A DNA stretch of 64,000 nt from an uncultured archaeon. GTDB lineage: Archaea > Thermoproteota > Nitrososphaeria_A > Caldarchaeales > Calditenuaceae. Position 1 is the stretch's first letter, and the number at the start of each line of letters is the position of its first letter. Below are positions 45,143-54,025 of the stretch, piece by piece. The notes beneath the pieces were generated by a model, which did no database searches, was not told where the DNA came from, and saw only the letters and a list, made by a program, of their open reading frames with translations. The DNA is taken from the NCBI GenBank assembly GCA_937921685.1, contig CAKZUF010000007.1:55384-119383 (forward strand). Direction: 5' to 3'. A program made the position numbers and the translations under genes.

Positions 45143-47897
45143 AATCGTTGTAGATTGTTCTGACATCTTTTTCCGCCACCTCGAAGACCACCACCTCGTC
45201 GTCGATATATCGTATCTTCCCGGCGCCGAGCCTTTCGGCTACGCTCCTCGGCGATAGGCCGTGTCTGGAGAGCTGGCGGTTAACTCCAGCAGCTATCAGC
45301 ATGCCTGTCTTTAGCCTACCGCTTATAAGCCCTGCGGCCGGCGAGTTATGCTTAACAGCCTCCCGAGCCATAGACGCGAAGTATGTAACATTTGTAACTG
45401 GTCTGAAGTCGAATATTAGCCTCGTACTCCCGAGTAACTCCTCTTTTTGGTAGCTTTTAGAGTAGAACCAGATCCTTGCTGCTAGGTCGGCTACTACGCG
45501 CTCAATTCTCTCGAGCTGTTGGGGTGAGGTAGAGGCTTGCTCAAATTCCTTCAATACAGTTTCCTGGTAGTATTCGATGAGCCTGCCGTATCCGAGTTTT
45601 AGCTGTCTAATCTCTTCCTCAACAGTCTCTAACCTGCTCTCCAGCTCTATAGTCGATTCACTCACGTAACGGTGGGCTGCTGGACCGGCAGCGTAGACCA
45701 GCCGAACCACGCCGTCTTGTATTCTCTCAACCTTCAGAATCTTTACGAATCCCACTTCTGCAGTGTTAGCGCAGTGCGTACCACCACAAGCCTCGGCATC
45801 CCACCCCTCTATCTCTACGACGCGTACCTGCCCGAGGGGAGCCTCACCGCCTTGGTAGAGAGTGAAGCCGTATCTGTCTTCAGCCACGCTTCTGGGCAGC
45901 CAAGATATCTTGACCGGCCTCCTCTCAGAGACAACTTCATTTGCAAGTCTCTCAATCTTTAAGATCTCATCTCTCGACAGTGGTGCGTGGTGGCTAATAT
46001 CGAGTCTGGCTGACTCAGCCTCCTTCTTCGCACCCATCTGCCAGGCATGCCTGCCCAACACCCTTCTCGCAGCGCCGATAAGGATGTGAGTAGCAGTGTG
46101 GTGTCTCATGACGCTTAGGCGGCGCCCATAGTCTATCTCCCCCCAAACCACCTCTCCCACAGGGGGCTGATCCCCCTCGATGAAATGGACAATCACACCA
46201 TCCACGATCTGGGTATCTGTGACCCGTGCTTCAAGACCACGCCACCTCAATACTCCGGTATCTCCTACTTGGCCACCACCCTCGGGATAGAATAGTGTCC
46301 GGTCAAGGACGACGATCTTGGGAGTGGATGCTAGGACTGTTGCGGTGAACTTAGCGGCGTATGGGTCGGAGTAGTATAGCTTTTCGGTTTTAGGGAGGTC
46401 TTTCGTAAGCTGTGCGGCCTCGACTAGTCGCTCATCCTCCTTCTCCTTTGCGGGAGATTCTATGTGTCTACTAATCATCCGCTCCTCAACCTCCTCCATG
46501 GCTGGAGCCTTGATTCCCAACTTCTTGGCGGTAGATACTACTAGGTCAGGTGTCAAACCCCTTTCCTCATATATTCTAGCGACGTATTCGGCATCTATTT
46601 CCCGCCCACTTTTGCTGACGGCTGCCAGCTCTCTCTCCAGTTGTGCAAGTCCGCGTACAATAGACTCGTTGAACTTTTTGACCTCATAGGTGATGAGCTC
46701 GAGTATTTCATCCCTCATCTCCAAGAGTCTTGGAAAGTCTCTTCCCCAATAGTCGATCTGAAGGGCCGCAAGCTCCGGAAGCATATCCTTCCTCCCAAGC
46801 AGTTCTAAGATTCTCTGAGTCTTCCTCACCAAGAGTCTGGCTAGGTATCCAACCTTCGAGTTGGAGGGCACAACTCCGTCTGCAAGTATAAATACTATCG
46901 ACTTGGTGTGGTCCAGTATCTTGTAAAACTGTTCTAGCCTCTCTAAGACTGGTTGAAGCCGCTCCAGATCCACCCCTGCTAAGGCGGCCGCCTTACGCCT
47001 CGCATCTGCTAGGCTTAGACTTGATGTGGGCTGAATCCAGGCCGAATATCTGGCATACCTTATGAAGAGCTCCTCATCAGGGTTCGGTATGTCGATCAGT
47101 TCAGAAACTCTGTCGAGTATCCCCGAGTAAATTACCTGGAAGGCGGATGGTGTTCCCTGCGCGAGCCAGGTAAACCGCTCTATTCCATATCCGGTATCGA
47201 CCGTCCTCACTGGGAGCTCCTCCAGCACACCATTTAGAGTCCTATAGTTCATGAAGACCAGCGTGGCAATCTCTAAGCCGCTGTGTATTACCTCGTAGCA
47301 GGGGCCTGCGTTCCCACCCCCCGCCCACACACCCTCCTTAAACACAGTATCCTCCTCCCTCAGTCCGAGACCCCCCATAAACTCTACACAAAGCTCCACC
47401 GTCCTGTCCTTCCAATACACCTCTCTATCGGGGAAGTTGAAGGCGTGGGCTCCACCCATCTCGAAGATCGTCAGGTGCCTCCCCAGCGTCGCCCCTACCT
47501 TATCTATATCAACCATCCTAATGCAGGGCTGGCTGACTACTAGAGGGTTTGCGGGCGGCTCGACTGAGCCGGAAGTCACGTGGGGTTGGAAGTCAACTAT
47601 GCTTGCCGAGACTAGGTAGAGGTCCTTCCTCCACCTCGGTACAACCGGGTAGGGGGCGATGACCTTATGACCCTTACTCTCAAAAAATCCTAGGAAAGCC
47701 CTCCTCATCTCTTGGAGGCTGTAGGGCCTGCTTACCGGAGGCGACCCTATGAAAGTGTAGGGCTCACAGGGGGCCTCTCCGCAGGTCTCCCTCTCAACGA
47801 TTGTCCAGAAGTATTTGCCGCATGATTTGCAGCGGCGCCTCCTATACCCCCTATTCGCGAAATAATCTATCGCGTAGTGCTCTACGCCGAACTCCAA
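45102..47897 (-). CDS. alaS: alanine--tRNA ligase
   Basis: 931 aa with an archaeal AlaRS N-terminus, HTATHIL editing-domain motif and C-terminal DHHA1-like domain. Confidence 0.9.
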   Translation of the reverse strand: MEFGVEHYAIDYFANRGYRRRRCKSCGKYFWTIVERETCGEAPCEPYTFIGSPPVSRPYSLQEMRRAFLGFFESKGHKVIAPYPVVPRWRKDLYLVSASIVDFQPHVTSGSVEPPANPLVVSQPCIRMVDIDKVGATLGRHLTIFEMGGAHAFNFPDREVYWKDRTVELCVEFMGGLGLREEDTVFKEGVWAGGGNAGPCYEVIHSGLEIATLVFMNYRTLNGVLEELPVRTVDTGYGIERFTWLAQGTPSAFQVIYSGILDRVSELIDIPNPDEELFIRYARYSAWIQPTSSLSLADARRKAAALAGVDLERLQPVLERLEQFYKILDHTKSIVFILADGVVPSNSKVGYLARLLVRKTQRILELLGRKDMLPELAALQIDYWGRDFPRLLEMRDEILELITYEVKKFNESIVRGLAQLERELAAVSKSGREIDAEYVARIYEERGLTPDLVVSTAKKLGIKAPAMEEVEERMISRHIESPAKEKEDERLVEAAQLTKDLPKTEKLYYSDPYAAKFTATVLASTPKIVVLDRTLFYPEGGGQVGDTGVLRWRGLEARVTDTQIVDGVIVHFIEGDQPPVGEVVWGEIDYGRRLSVMRHHTATHILIGAARRVLGRHAWQMGAKKEAESARLDISHHAPLSRDEILKIERLANEVVSERRPVKISWLPRSVAEDRYGFTLYQGGEAPLGQVRVVEIEGWDAEACGGTHCANTAEVGFVKILKVERIQDGVVRLVYAAGPAAHRYVSESTIELESRLETVEEEIRQLKLGYGRLIEYYQETVLKEFEQASTSPQQLERIERVVADLAARIWFYSKSYQKEELLGSTRLIFDFRPVTNVTYFASMAREAVKHNSPAAGLISGRLKTGMLIAAGVNRQLSRHGLSPRSVAERLGAGKIRYIDDEVVVFEVAEKDVRTIYNDFKRLIENLQPSEA

Positions 47898-47951
47898 CCC
47901 CTACCCGAGAAATTACTCTCTCAGCCTGCCCTATATAGTCATCAGTAGCTT

Positions 47952-48266
47952 TCAGCCGAACAGCGCGCTGAGCCCTGCAAGCGCCTCTTCTTCCTTCTTC
48001 TCCTCAGCCTCCTCCTTCTTAGCCTCTGCGGTAGGCTTTTGCTGCGGCGTCTCAGCCGCGGGCTGAGAGGTGGTTGCGACGGGGGATGCGTAGCTGGCAG
48101 ACCTAATAGCCTCGTCTATATTGACGCCCTGGAGCGCGGCGACAAGCGACTTAACCCTAACCTCGTCTACAGTGCCTCCCGCAGCCTTTATGACGCTTGC
48201 TATGTTCTCCTCGTTAATCTCCTTCCCAAGCCTGTGAAGCAGGAGTGCCGCATAGATGTACTCCAT
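47952..48266 (-). CDS. rpl12: 50S ribosomal protein L12 (P1 stalk protein)
   Basis: [22 protein letters not shown]...GVNIDEAI..., an Ala/Glu/Lys-rich linker and a C-terminal GLSALFG. Confidence 0.85.
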   Translation of the reverse strand: MEYIYAALLLHRLGKEINEENIASVIKAAGGTVDEVRVKSLVAALQGVNIDEAIRSASYASPVATTSQPAAETPQQKPTAEAKKEEAEEKKEEEALAGLSALFG

Positions 48267-48373
48267 GAATCACTCAGAGAGAGAAATCGGGTCCAAATAT
48301 TAAACTTGTCTTCTCAGCCCGACTGCCAATACCCTCCAACCCTCTTAAGGGTTATATCAGGGGTGGACGTAAG

Positions 48374-48706
48374 GTGTTGGAGATGGAGAGGGTGGAGGAC
48401 GTGCTGAAGATTGTTGAAGAGTTTGAGGAGGGGTTAAGATCGATCGAGGAGAAGGTGGCGAAAGCGAGGACAGAGCTAGTTAGAGAGGTCGAAGTATACC
48501 TAGAGGAGGCGAGGACACTTTTCTCAAAAATCGTCGAAGAGGGTAGGAAGAGCATGCTAGAGGATGCGGCCAAAGCTGCACAGGAGGAGGGGGCTAGAAT
48601 CCGAGAAGAATACAGGAAGAAAGCGGAACAAGTTATGACCCAGCTGAACGCCAAGAAGGAGGAGCTGGTCAGATTCGTACTCCAAAGCCTCCTACCGACT
48701 GGGTGA
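48374..48706 (+). CDS. coiled-coil protein, probably an A-type ATP synthase peripheral-stalk subunit (H/G-like)
   Basis: 110 aa, entirely Glu/Lys/Arg-rich helix. Lies immediately upstream of the subunit C-like gene. Confidence 0.4.
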   Translation: MLEMERVEDVLKIVEEFEEGLRSIEEKVAKARTELVREVEVYLEEARTLFSKIVEEGRKSMLEDAAKAAQEEGARIREEYRKKAEQVMTQLNAKKEELVRFVLQSLLPTG

Positions 48707-48715
48707 AACTCTCCC

Positions 48716-49753
48716 TTGCAGCCATACCTACTCGCAAAGGCCTATGCATGGAAAGGAATGCTGCTGCCGAGATCCTTTATTCAGGAATTGGCCGCTTCGC
48801 GAACCCTCTCGGAGTTCATCGACGCCATCAAAGCTACACCATACTCTCAGGAGGCGCAGCATATCACACCCCCCTACTCGGCGTTGAAGGTCGAGCACGC
48901 TCTCAGAAGACGGCTAATAAAGATCCACCACACTCTGATGACTCTTAGTAGGAAGAATTACGTGCTTAGCGCACTCTATACCCGCCATACCGCCCGAAAC
49001 TTCAAAACCATAATCCGCGCGCTCCATGTAGGTATCAAGGGTGAGGAGCTTAACAAGTTAATTGACCCCTACGCTGAGGAGTTGATAGGGGCTAGGGACG
49101 TAATAGCGAGGGTGCTGGGCGCCGAGAGTATTGAGGAGGCTTTGACCGTGATCAGGCACTACATGGCTGACGAGATCTTAGTGCCCATATTTGAGAAGGT
49201 TTTGGACCCCGTGGCAATTGAGGTTGAGATAGATAGGTGGCATGTGAATAGGCTGATGCAGGCTTTGAAAAAGACTCCTAGGAGGTGGAGGAGTAGCCTA
49301 TCCTATCTAGTAACTCCGATCTATCTTAGATTCATACTCACTGCAATTCTACGGGGTAAGGTTTGGGGGCTGGAGCCTAAGGAAATAGGAGGCATGGTTG
49401 AGAGTGTCTTAGACAAGCCCCTCTGGCCTATAGTGTCGGTCGTGATCGAGTCTTCCACGGTTGAAGAGGTGAAAAAAGCATTTTCAGTCATGCCAAGGGG
49501 ATCCGTACCACCTATCGGTGAGGCTGACACTTTTACAGGTATAATCCAAACACTTGAGAGGGGCTACAGGGGCATGCTCTTCGCACGGGCGCAGAGATGC
49601 TTTCTCAGACCATTTGACGAGCCATCACTCGCCCTAGCCACCGTCCTCCTCATCGAGGAGGAGGTGGCCCAGCTGGTTGCTCTGGCCGCTGGGATAGAGC
49701 AGGGTGTTGGTCCTGAGATGCTCTTAGACACCTTGGCATCCATAACAACTTAG
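48716..49753 (+). CDS. atpC: A/V-type ATP synthase subunit C (d-subunit family)
   Basis: 345 aa all-helical protein whose size and pattern fit the vATP-synt_AC39 family. Assignment is by memory only. Confidence 0.5.
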   Translation: MQPYLLAKAYAWKGMLLPRSFIQELAASRTLSEFIDAIKATPYSQEAQHITPPYSALKVEHALRRRLIKIHHTLMTLSRKNYVLSALYTRHTARNFKTIIRALHVGIKGEELNKLIDPYAEELIGARDVIARVLGAESIEEALTVIRHYMADEILVPIFEKVLDPVAIEVEIDRWHVNRLMQALKKTPRRWRSSLSYLVTPIYLRFILTAILRGKVWGLEPKEIGGMVESVLDKPLWPIVSVVIESSTVEEVKKAFSVMPRGSVPPIGEADTFTGIIQTLERGYRGMLFARAQRCFLRPFDEPSLALATVLLIEEEVAQLVALAAGIEQGVGPEMLLDTLASITT

Positions 49754-49761
49754 CATCACGG

Positions 49762-50040
49762 TTAGTAGGTAATCTTGAAGTCCCGATACTCCCCCTTATA
49801 CTCCTCACGAATCACCTCGATCTTCTCGACACGCGCCAGCGGAGGCCCCCTCTTCATCCACTTAATCATTTCAGCAACCTTCTCCTCCGGGCCCTCAATC
49901 ACCGCCTCAACTCTGCCGTCGCTGAGATTCCTAACCCAGCCACGTAGACACAGTGAGTCAGCCACCCTTTTAGCATTCTGCCTAAAAAAGACGCCCTGAA
50001 CAAGTCCTGAGACAAAAACATGGACCCTGACATTAGTCAT
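49762..50040 (-). CDS. acyP: acylphosphatase
   Basis: VSGLVQGVFFRQ and GWVRNLSDGRVE signatures. Confidence 0.85.
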   Translation of the reverse strand: MTNVRVHVFVSGLVQGVFFRQNAKRVADSLCLRGWVRNLSDGRVEAVIEGPEEKVAEMIKWMKRGPPLARVEKIEVIREEYKGEYRDFKITY

Positions 50041-50076
50041 GCCGATCTTGTCTCAGGGGGTATGACTATATAATAG

Positions 50077-50805
50077 TTGAATCCATATTATAATAGCGTG
50101 GGCGTTTCAGGGGGCGGCGGTGAAGGGCTATACACAGAGGTTATCTATGACGAGGAGCGGTGGAGTATTCTTTGGGAGAAGAGGGCTGCAGCTCTAAGGA
50201 TCATGGAGGCCCTCTTGAGGGCTGGGATCGACTCGATAGTTTACGGCAGCGTGGCTCGGGGAGACGTACACAGGTTAAGTGATGTTGAGGTCTACATACC
50301 GAGACCTGTCAGCCCTGTCCTCGCCGAGACTATTATTGAACGTGAGTTTGGAGGGTGGATTAAGCGCGAAGTTGTCCAAGCAACCCCTAGCTACGTGCCT
50401 AAAGGCTACATCTACATAGACGAGCTATCGATAGTCTCTTTTCCGCTGGCTGAGACGTTGAAGAGTGAGGCGGTTTTCTATGATATAGCGGGGAAGCTCA
50501 ACCTCGATGGTGTAAGGAGGAGGGATAGGGTTGCGGGCATGAATAAGGCGCTAAAAGTAGTAATCCCCACCAGCTATGGCCACTCAGAATTCCCCGCGGA
50601 GAAGGACCCGGAGCTCGCCGCAAATCTGATTGGTGTCGACCCCCTCGACCTCAGAAAGAGGATTAACGTATTGGTGCGGAGGAGGGAGCATGGCAAGACA
50701 GGGGTCTATAGTAAAATCGTTTTAGAAGAGGGGGAAAGCTTCTCCAGCGTCCTCAACCAGCTCTTGGACAGGAACCCTCGCATTAGGAGGCGGATACATA
50801 GTTGA
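50077..50805 (+). CDS. Pol-beta-superfamily nucleotidyltransferase domain protein (KNTase-like size)
   Basis: YGSVARGDVHRLSDVEV matches the GS-x(9-13)-D-x-[DE] NTase motif. 242 aa with a helical C-terminal domain. Its stop overlaps the pelota start. Confidence 0.55.
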   Translation: MNPYYNSVGVSGGGGEGLYTEVIYDEERWSILWEKRAAALRIMEALLRAGIDSIVYGSVARGDVHRLSDVEVYIPRPVSPVLAETIIEREFGGWIKREVVQATPSYVPKGYIYIDELSIVSFPLAETLKSEAVFYDIAGKLNLDGVRRRDRVAGMNKALKVVIPTSYGHSEFPAEKDPELAANLIGVDPLDLRKRINVLVRRREHGKTGVYSKIVLEEGESFSSVLNQLLDRNPRIRRRIHS

Positions 50806-51863
50806 AGCTTCTAGCGGTGGATAAGCTGAGAGGCTGGGCTAGGCTCGCCATCACAAACAATATGGACCTCGTGAACCTTTATCGCCTCGTAAGGCCCGGC
50901 GACGTCGTCTACCAAGAGACAAGCAGGGAGGTCAAGAAGGAGAGGGCGTCAGGAGAGGTTGACAGCCAACGCGTCAGCCTCAAGGTCGGTATAGCTGTTG
51001 AGAAGAAGTCGGCAGACCCCTTGATGAAAAGGATAAGGTTTCAGGGAAAGATAGTCTTTACAGACAGGGACCTAGATATTCTGAAGAAATATCATACAAT
51101 TCAGGTCGGTAGAGGGGATGTTATTGAGATTGAAAGTCGTGAGAGGCTCCCCTATCTTCTAAGGCTTGGGGAGGAGGGGGAGGGGAGGGTGGAGGAGCTG
51201 GTCGCTATCTCTGGCGATGACGAGGAGTTGGCAGTAGTGAAGATAGATGTTGATGGTATTAAAGTGTTGAAGACTTGGAAAGTCGATGGGGGGTCGAAGC
51301 GTCTCGGCTATGATGTGGAGGCGCATCGCGAGAGTGTGTACGATGAGCTGGTGCAGCAGCTCAAGGAACTGACCTCGAAATCCAAGCCGAAGCTAGTGCT
51401 CATGGGGACTGCTATCCATGCCGACATAATAGCGTCTGAAATAAAGAACCGAGATGTCAGGATTTCCAACTTAATTGCTAGAAAGATACCGGTAAACATT
51501 GGAGGGGTTGACGGAATCCGGGAAGCTCTTAGGCGTGGCGTCTTAGGGGAGGAGCTGAAGCCTTTAGCCGACGCTATTCAGGTCGAGAAGGCGATGAGAG
51601 CGATACTAAAGCATCCTGAACACATTCATTTAGGTTTAGAAGAGGTTGCAAGGGCTTGTAGGACTTCGCGCGGAGCCCTTGTCCTCGCGACCGAGGACTT
51701 CGTCTGGGAGAACTTGGATAATGCTCTTTTGGATGAGATTCTATCTAGGGCTGAAAGAGGGGTAATCAAGTTTAGGGCCGTACTCTCGGATACTGAGGCG
51801 TCGGACAAGATAAATTCTCTGGGTGGCATAATATGTATTGAAAAGAAAATACTGGAAGTGTGA
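50802..51863 (+). CDS. pelA: Pelota/Dom34 mRNA surveillance factor (aPelota)
   Basis: MKLLAVDKLRGWARLAITNNMDLVNLYRLVRPGDVV matches the archaeal Pelota N-terminus, with an eRF1-like central and C-terminal domain. Confidence 0.85.
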   Translation: MKLLAVDKLRGWARLAITNNMDLVNLYRLVRPGDVVYQETSREVKKERASGEVDSQRVSLKVGIAVEKKSADPLMKRIRFQGKIVFTDRDLDILKKYHTIQVGRGDVIEIESRERLPYLLRLGEEGEGRVEELVAISGDDEELAVVKIDVDGIKVLKTWKVDGGSKRLGYDVEAHRESVYDELVQQLKELTSKSKPKLVLMGTAIHADIIASEIKNRDVRISNLIARKIPVNIGGVDGIREALRRGVLGEELKPLADAIQVEKAMRAILKHPEHIHLGLEEVARACRTSRGALVLATEDFVWENLDNALLDEILSRAERGVIKFRAVLSDTEASDKINSLGGIICIEKKILEV

Positions 51864-51876
51864 CTGGAGTGTTAAA

Positions 51877-53043
51877 TTAATGGTGTTTCAGCTTCTCCAT
51901 TGTTAGCACCTTGACTCCTGGTTTGAACGACAAATTTTCTCCTAGCCTCGCCCCGATCAAGTAGACCTCTCCACCAGTCGAGGATGCAATATCGATGAGT
52001 CTCTGAGTGACGACCCCGTCGAATAGGACGTATTTATAGTCCCTCGATTCTGAAAGCTGCTGGGCCAACTCGCTAACAGGCTTACGCCATAGCTCGTTGA
52101 ATCCGTTGTCGAAGGCAACTGACATTAATGTCCCCTCAATCTCCCCGATATACCGAGCCAGCTTGTCTGAGAACTCTGCAGGGATGGGCTCAGCCGCCTG
52201 CACAGGCTCCGCCCTAATTCTCCTTAACGCCTCTCCTAGGGGTTGTGCATCCCTCAGTGCGTCTTCAACCTCCTTTGCGTTGAGTTCTTCAACTTCTTTC
52301 CCATAAGGGGCTCGAGCCACCAAGTCTATCTTTATTGACTGTGCCAGCTCTCTCAGCACCATATCTCCTCCCCTGTCTCCGTCGAGGAAAGCTATGACCC
52401 GCTTCTTCTTTGCTAGGAGGTCTTGTAGGGTCGGGGGTATCTTGACACCCCCAACCGCGATAACATTTCTGTAGCCGTAGCGCATGAGGTTGATTATATC
52501 AGCCCGCCCCTCCACCACTATAACCTCTTCAGAGCTCAACGCCTCGGGGCCCGCCTCAATCTTTTCCGGCCCAATTTCAACAACCTTGGCCTTCAGCACC
52601 GACTCTTCCAACTCCCTCAATATCTCGTCGTCCTCTGGAATCTTTTTCCGCTCCCACTCGTAGAGAATCGCCCTCGCACGTTCCACTATTTTCTTTCTCT
52701 TCTCTGAGCGGAGGTCTTCTATCTTCTCAATAGTGACCTTGGCAGGGTATGGTCCAACCCTGTCCAGAGACTCTATCATTGCTGCTATGAGTGCTGTGTA
52801 GAACCTGTCTAGGCCGCTGGGTATGGTGATCTTACCGATGGTCTTACCTCCCTGAACCTGTAGTGAGACATCGATACGTCCTATCCGCCCGGCCCTCTGT
52901 AACTCTCTCAAGTCTAATTCTGAGCTGAATATCCCCTCAGTCTGCCCAAATGTTGCGCCAATTACGTCGTTACGGTCGACGATCCCGTCAACCTCAATCT
53001 TAACCTCAATCACATATTTAGTAGCAACGGCTGGAGTAGCCAT
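51877..53043 (-). CDS. dnaG: archaeal DnaG-type primase (TOPRIM)
   Basis: MATPAVATKYVIEVKIEVDGIVDRNDVIGATFGQTEGIF N-terminus and the TOPRIM VVEGRADIINL...FLDGDRGGD. An internal ATG at 53043 was chosen over the track's longer ORF. Confidence 0.8.
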   Translation of the reverse strand: MATPAVATKYVIEVKIEVDGIVDRNDVIGATFGQTEGIFSSELDLRELQRAGRIGRIDVSLQVQGGKTIGKITIPSGLDRFYTALIAAMIESLDRVGPYPAKVTIEKIEDLRSEKRKKIVERARAILYEWERKKIPEDDEILRELEESVLKAKVVEIGPEKIEAGPEALSSEEVIVVEGRADIINLMRYGYRNVIAVGGVKIPPTLQDLLAKKKRVIAFLDGDRGGDMVLRELAQSIKIDLVARAPYGKEVEELNAKEVEDALRDAQPLGEALRRIRAEPVQAAEPIPAEFSDKLARYIGEIEGTLMSVAFDNGFNELWRKPVSELAQQLSESRDYKYVLFDGVVTQRLIDIASSTGGEVYLIGARLGENLSFKPGVKVLTMEKLKHH

Positions 53044-53155
53044 GTTAATACACCCGTCTTTCTCTCTCCATCTATGTTTGGGGGGTTGGTATTTAAATGA
53101 TACCGAGTCTACAGGGTCATCATTATCTACTCGAGGGCATGGAAGGAGGTGGTGT

Positions 53156-54025
53156 ATGACGCCTCCGATTGATGAGACGAGTGCAGAGTGGGTTGCGACA
53201 GTCATTCCGCCAAGACGGTCAGGCTCGCGGAAAGGAGAGAACGGCGTAGTCATTGTTGTGGGTGGAAGTCGGCTGTATCATGGTGCGCCATTCTTGACGG
53301 CCATGGCCGCGATGAGGTCGGGTGTCGACCTAGTCTATCTCTTTGTGCCGGAGAAGATTTCGGTTTCTATAAGAGCACTGTCGCCAAGCCTAATCGTAAA
53401 CCCGCTCACAGACGTTAAACTGACTGCGCGGATCAGCGAGCAAATAGTAAAGAACTCTCCGCAAGCCCACGCAGCGGCGATAGGACCGGGCCTGTCTGTG
53501 GCTAGGGAGTCTGCACTGACTAAACTGCTGAACGGGCTCTTGGAGAAAGGAATAAAGCTCGTTCTGGACGCCTCGGCGCTCCAACCTTACGTCCTCAACA
53601 CAATAGGTGGCCGAGATGTCGTTCTCACCCCTCATGCCGGAGAGTTTGTGAGGCTCTTTGGGACGCCGCCAGGAAACTCTTTAGAGGATAGGTGCAGGAC
53701 CGCAAAGGAGATGGCCAAGAGGCATGGGGTAGTAATCCTGCTGAAGGGGGAGGTTGACGTCATAACAGACGGCGATAGGGTGATGGCGAATAGGACGGGA
53801 ACCTGTGCAATGACTGTGGGGGGAACAGGGGACGTATTGACTGGGCTTGTCGCGGGCCTTGTTGCCAAGGGTGTTGCTGGTTTTGAGGCTGCATCGGCTG
53901 CAGCATACATCAATGGGTTGTGCGGGGAGATGGCTGCGGCGGAGCTCGGGCTTCACATTCTACCCACAGACCTCATAGAAAAGATTCCACAAGTGATGAA
54001 GAAATTCGACAAAATCGTCAGCTAA
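53156..54025 (+). CDS. nnrD: ADP-dependent NAD(P)H-hydrate dehydratase (YjeF C-terminal domain)
   Basis: [31 protein letters not shown]...[11 protein letters not shown] at 53156 is preceded by a GGAGG-like sequence. Confidence 0.8.
   Translation: MTPPIDETSAEWVATVIPPRRSGSRKGENGVVIVVGGSRLYHGAPFLTAMAAMRSGVDLVYLFVPEKISVSIRALSPSLIVNPLTDVKLTARISEQIVKNSPQAHAAAIGPGLSVARESALTKLLNGLLEKGIKLVLDASALQPYVLNTIGGRDVVLTPHAGEFVRLFGTPPGNSLEDRCRTAKEMAKRHGVVILLKGEVDVITDGDRVMANRTGTCAMTVGGTGDVLTGLVAGLVAKGVAGFEAASAAAYINGLCGEMAAAELGLHILPTDLIEKIPQVMKKFDKIVS

Noticed and set aside
51877-54025. 212-nt overlap between the track ORFs for dnaG (-) and nnrD (+)
   Set aside because: Resolved by using internal starts (dnaG ATG at 53043 giving MATPAVATKYVIE; nnrD ATG at 53156 preceded by a GGAGG-like sequence). 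The extended N-termini are low-complexity.
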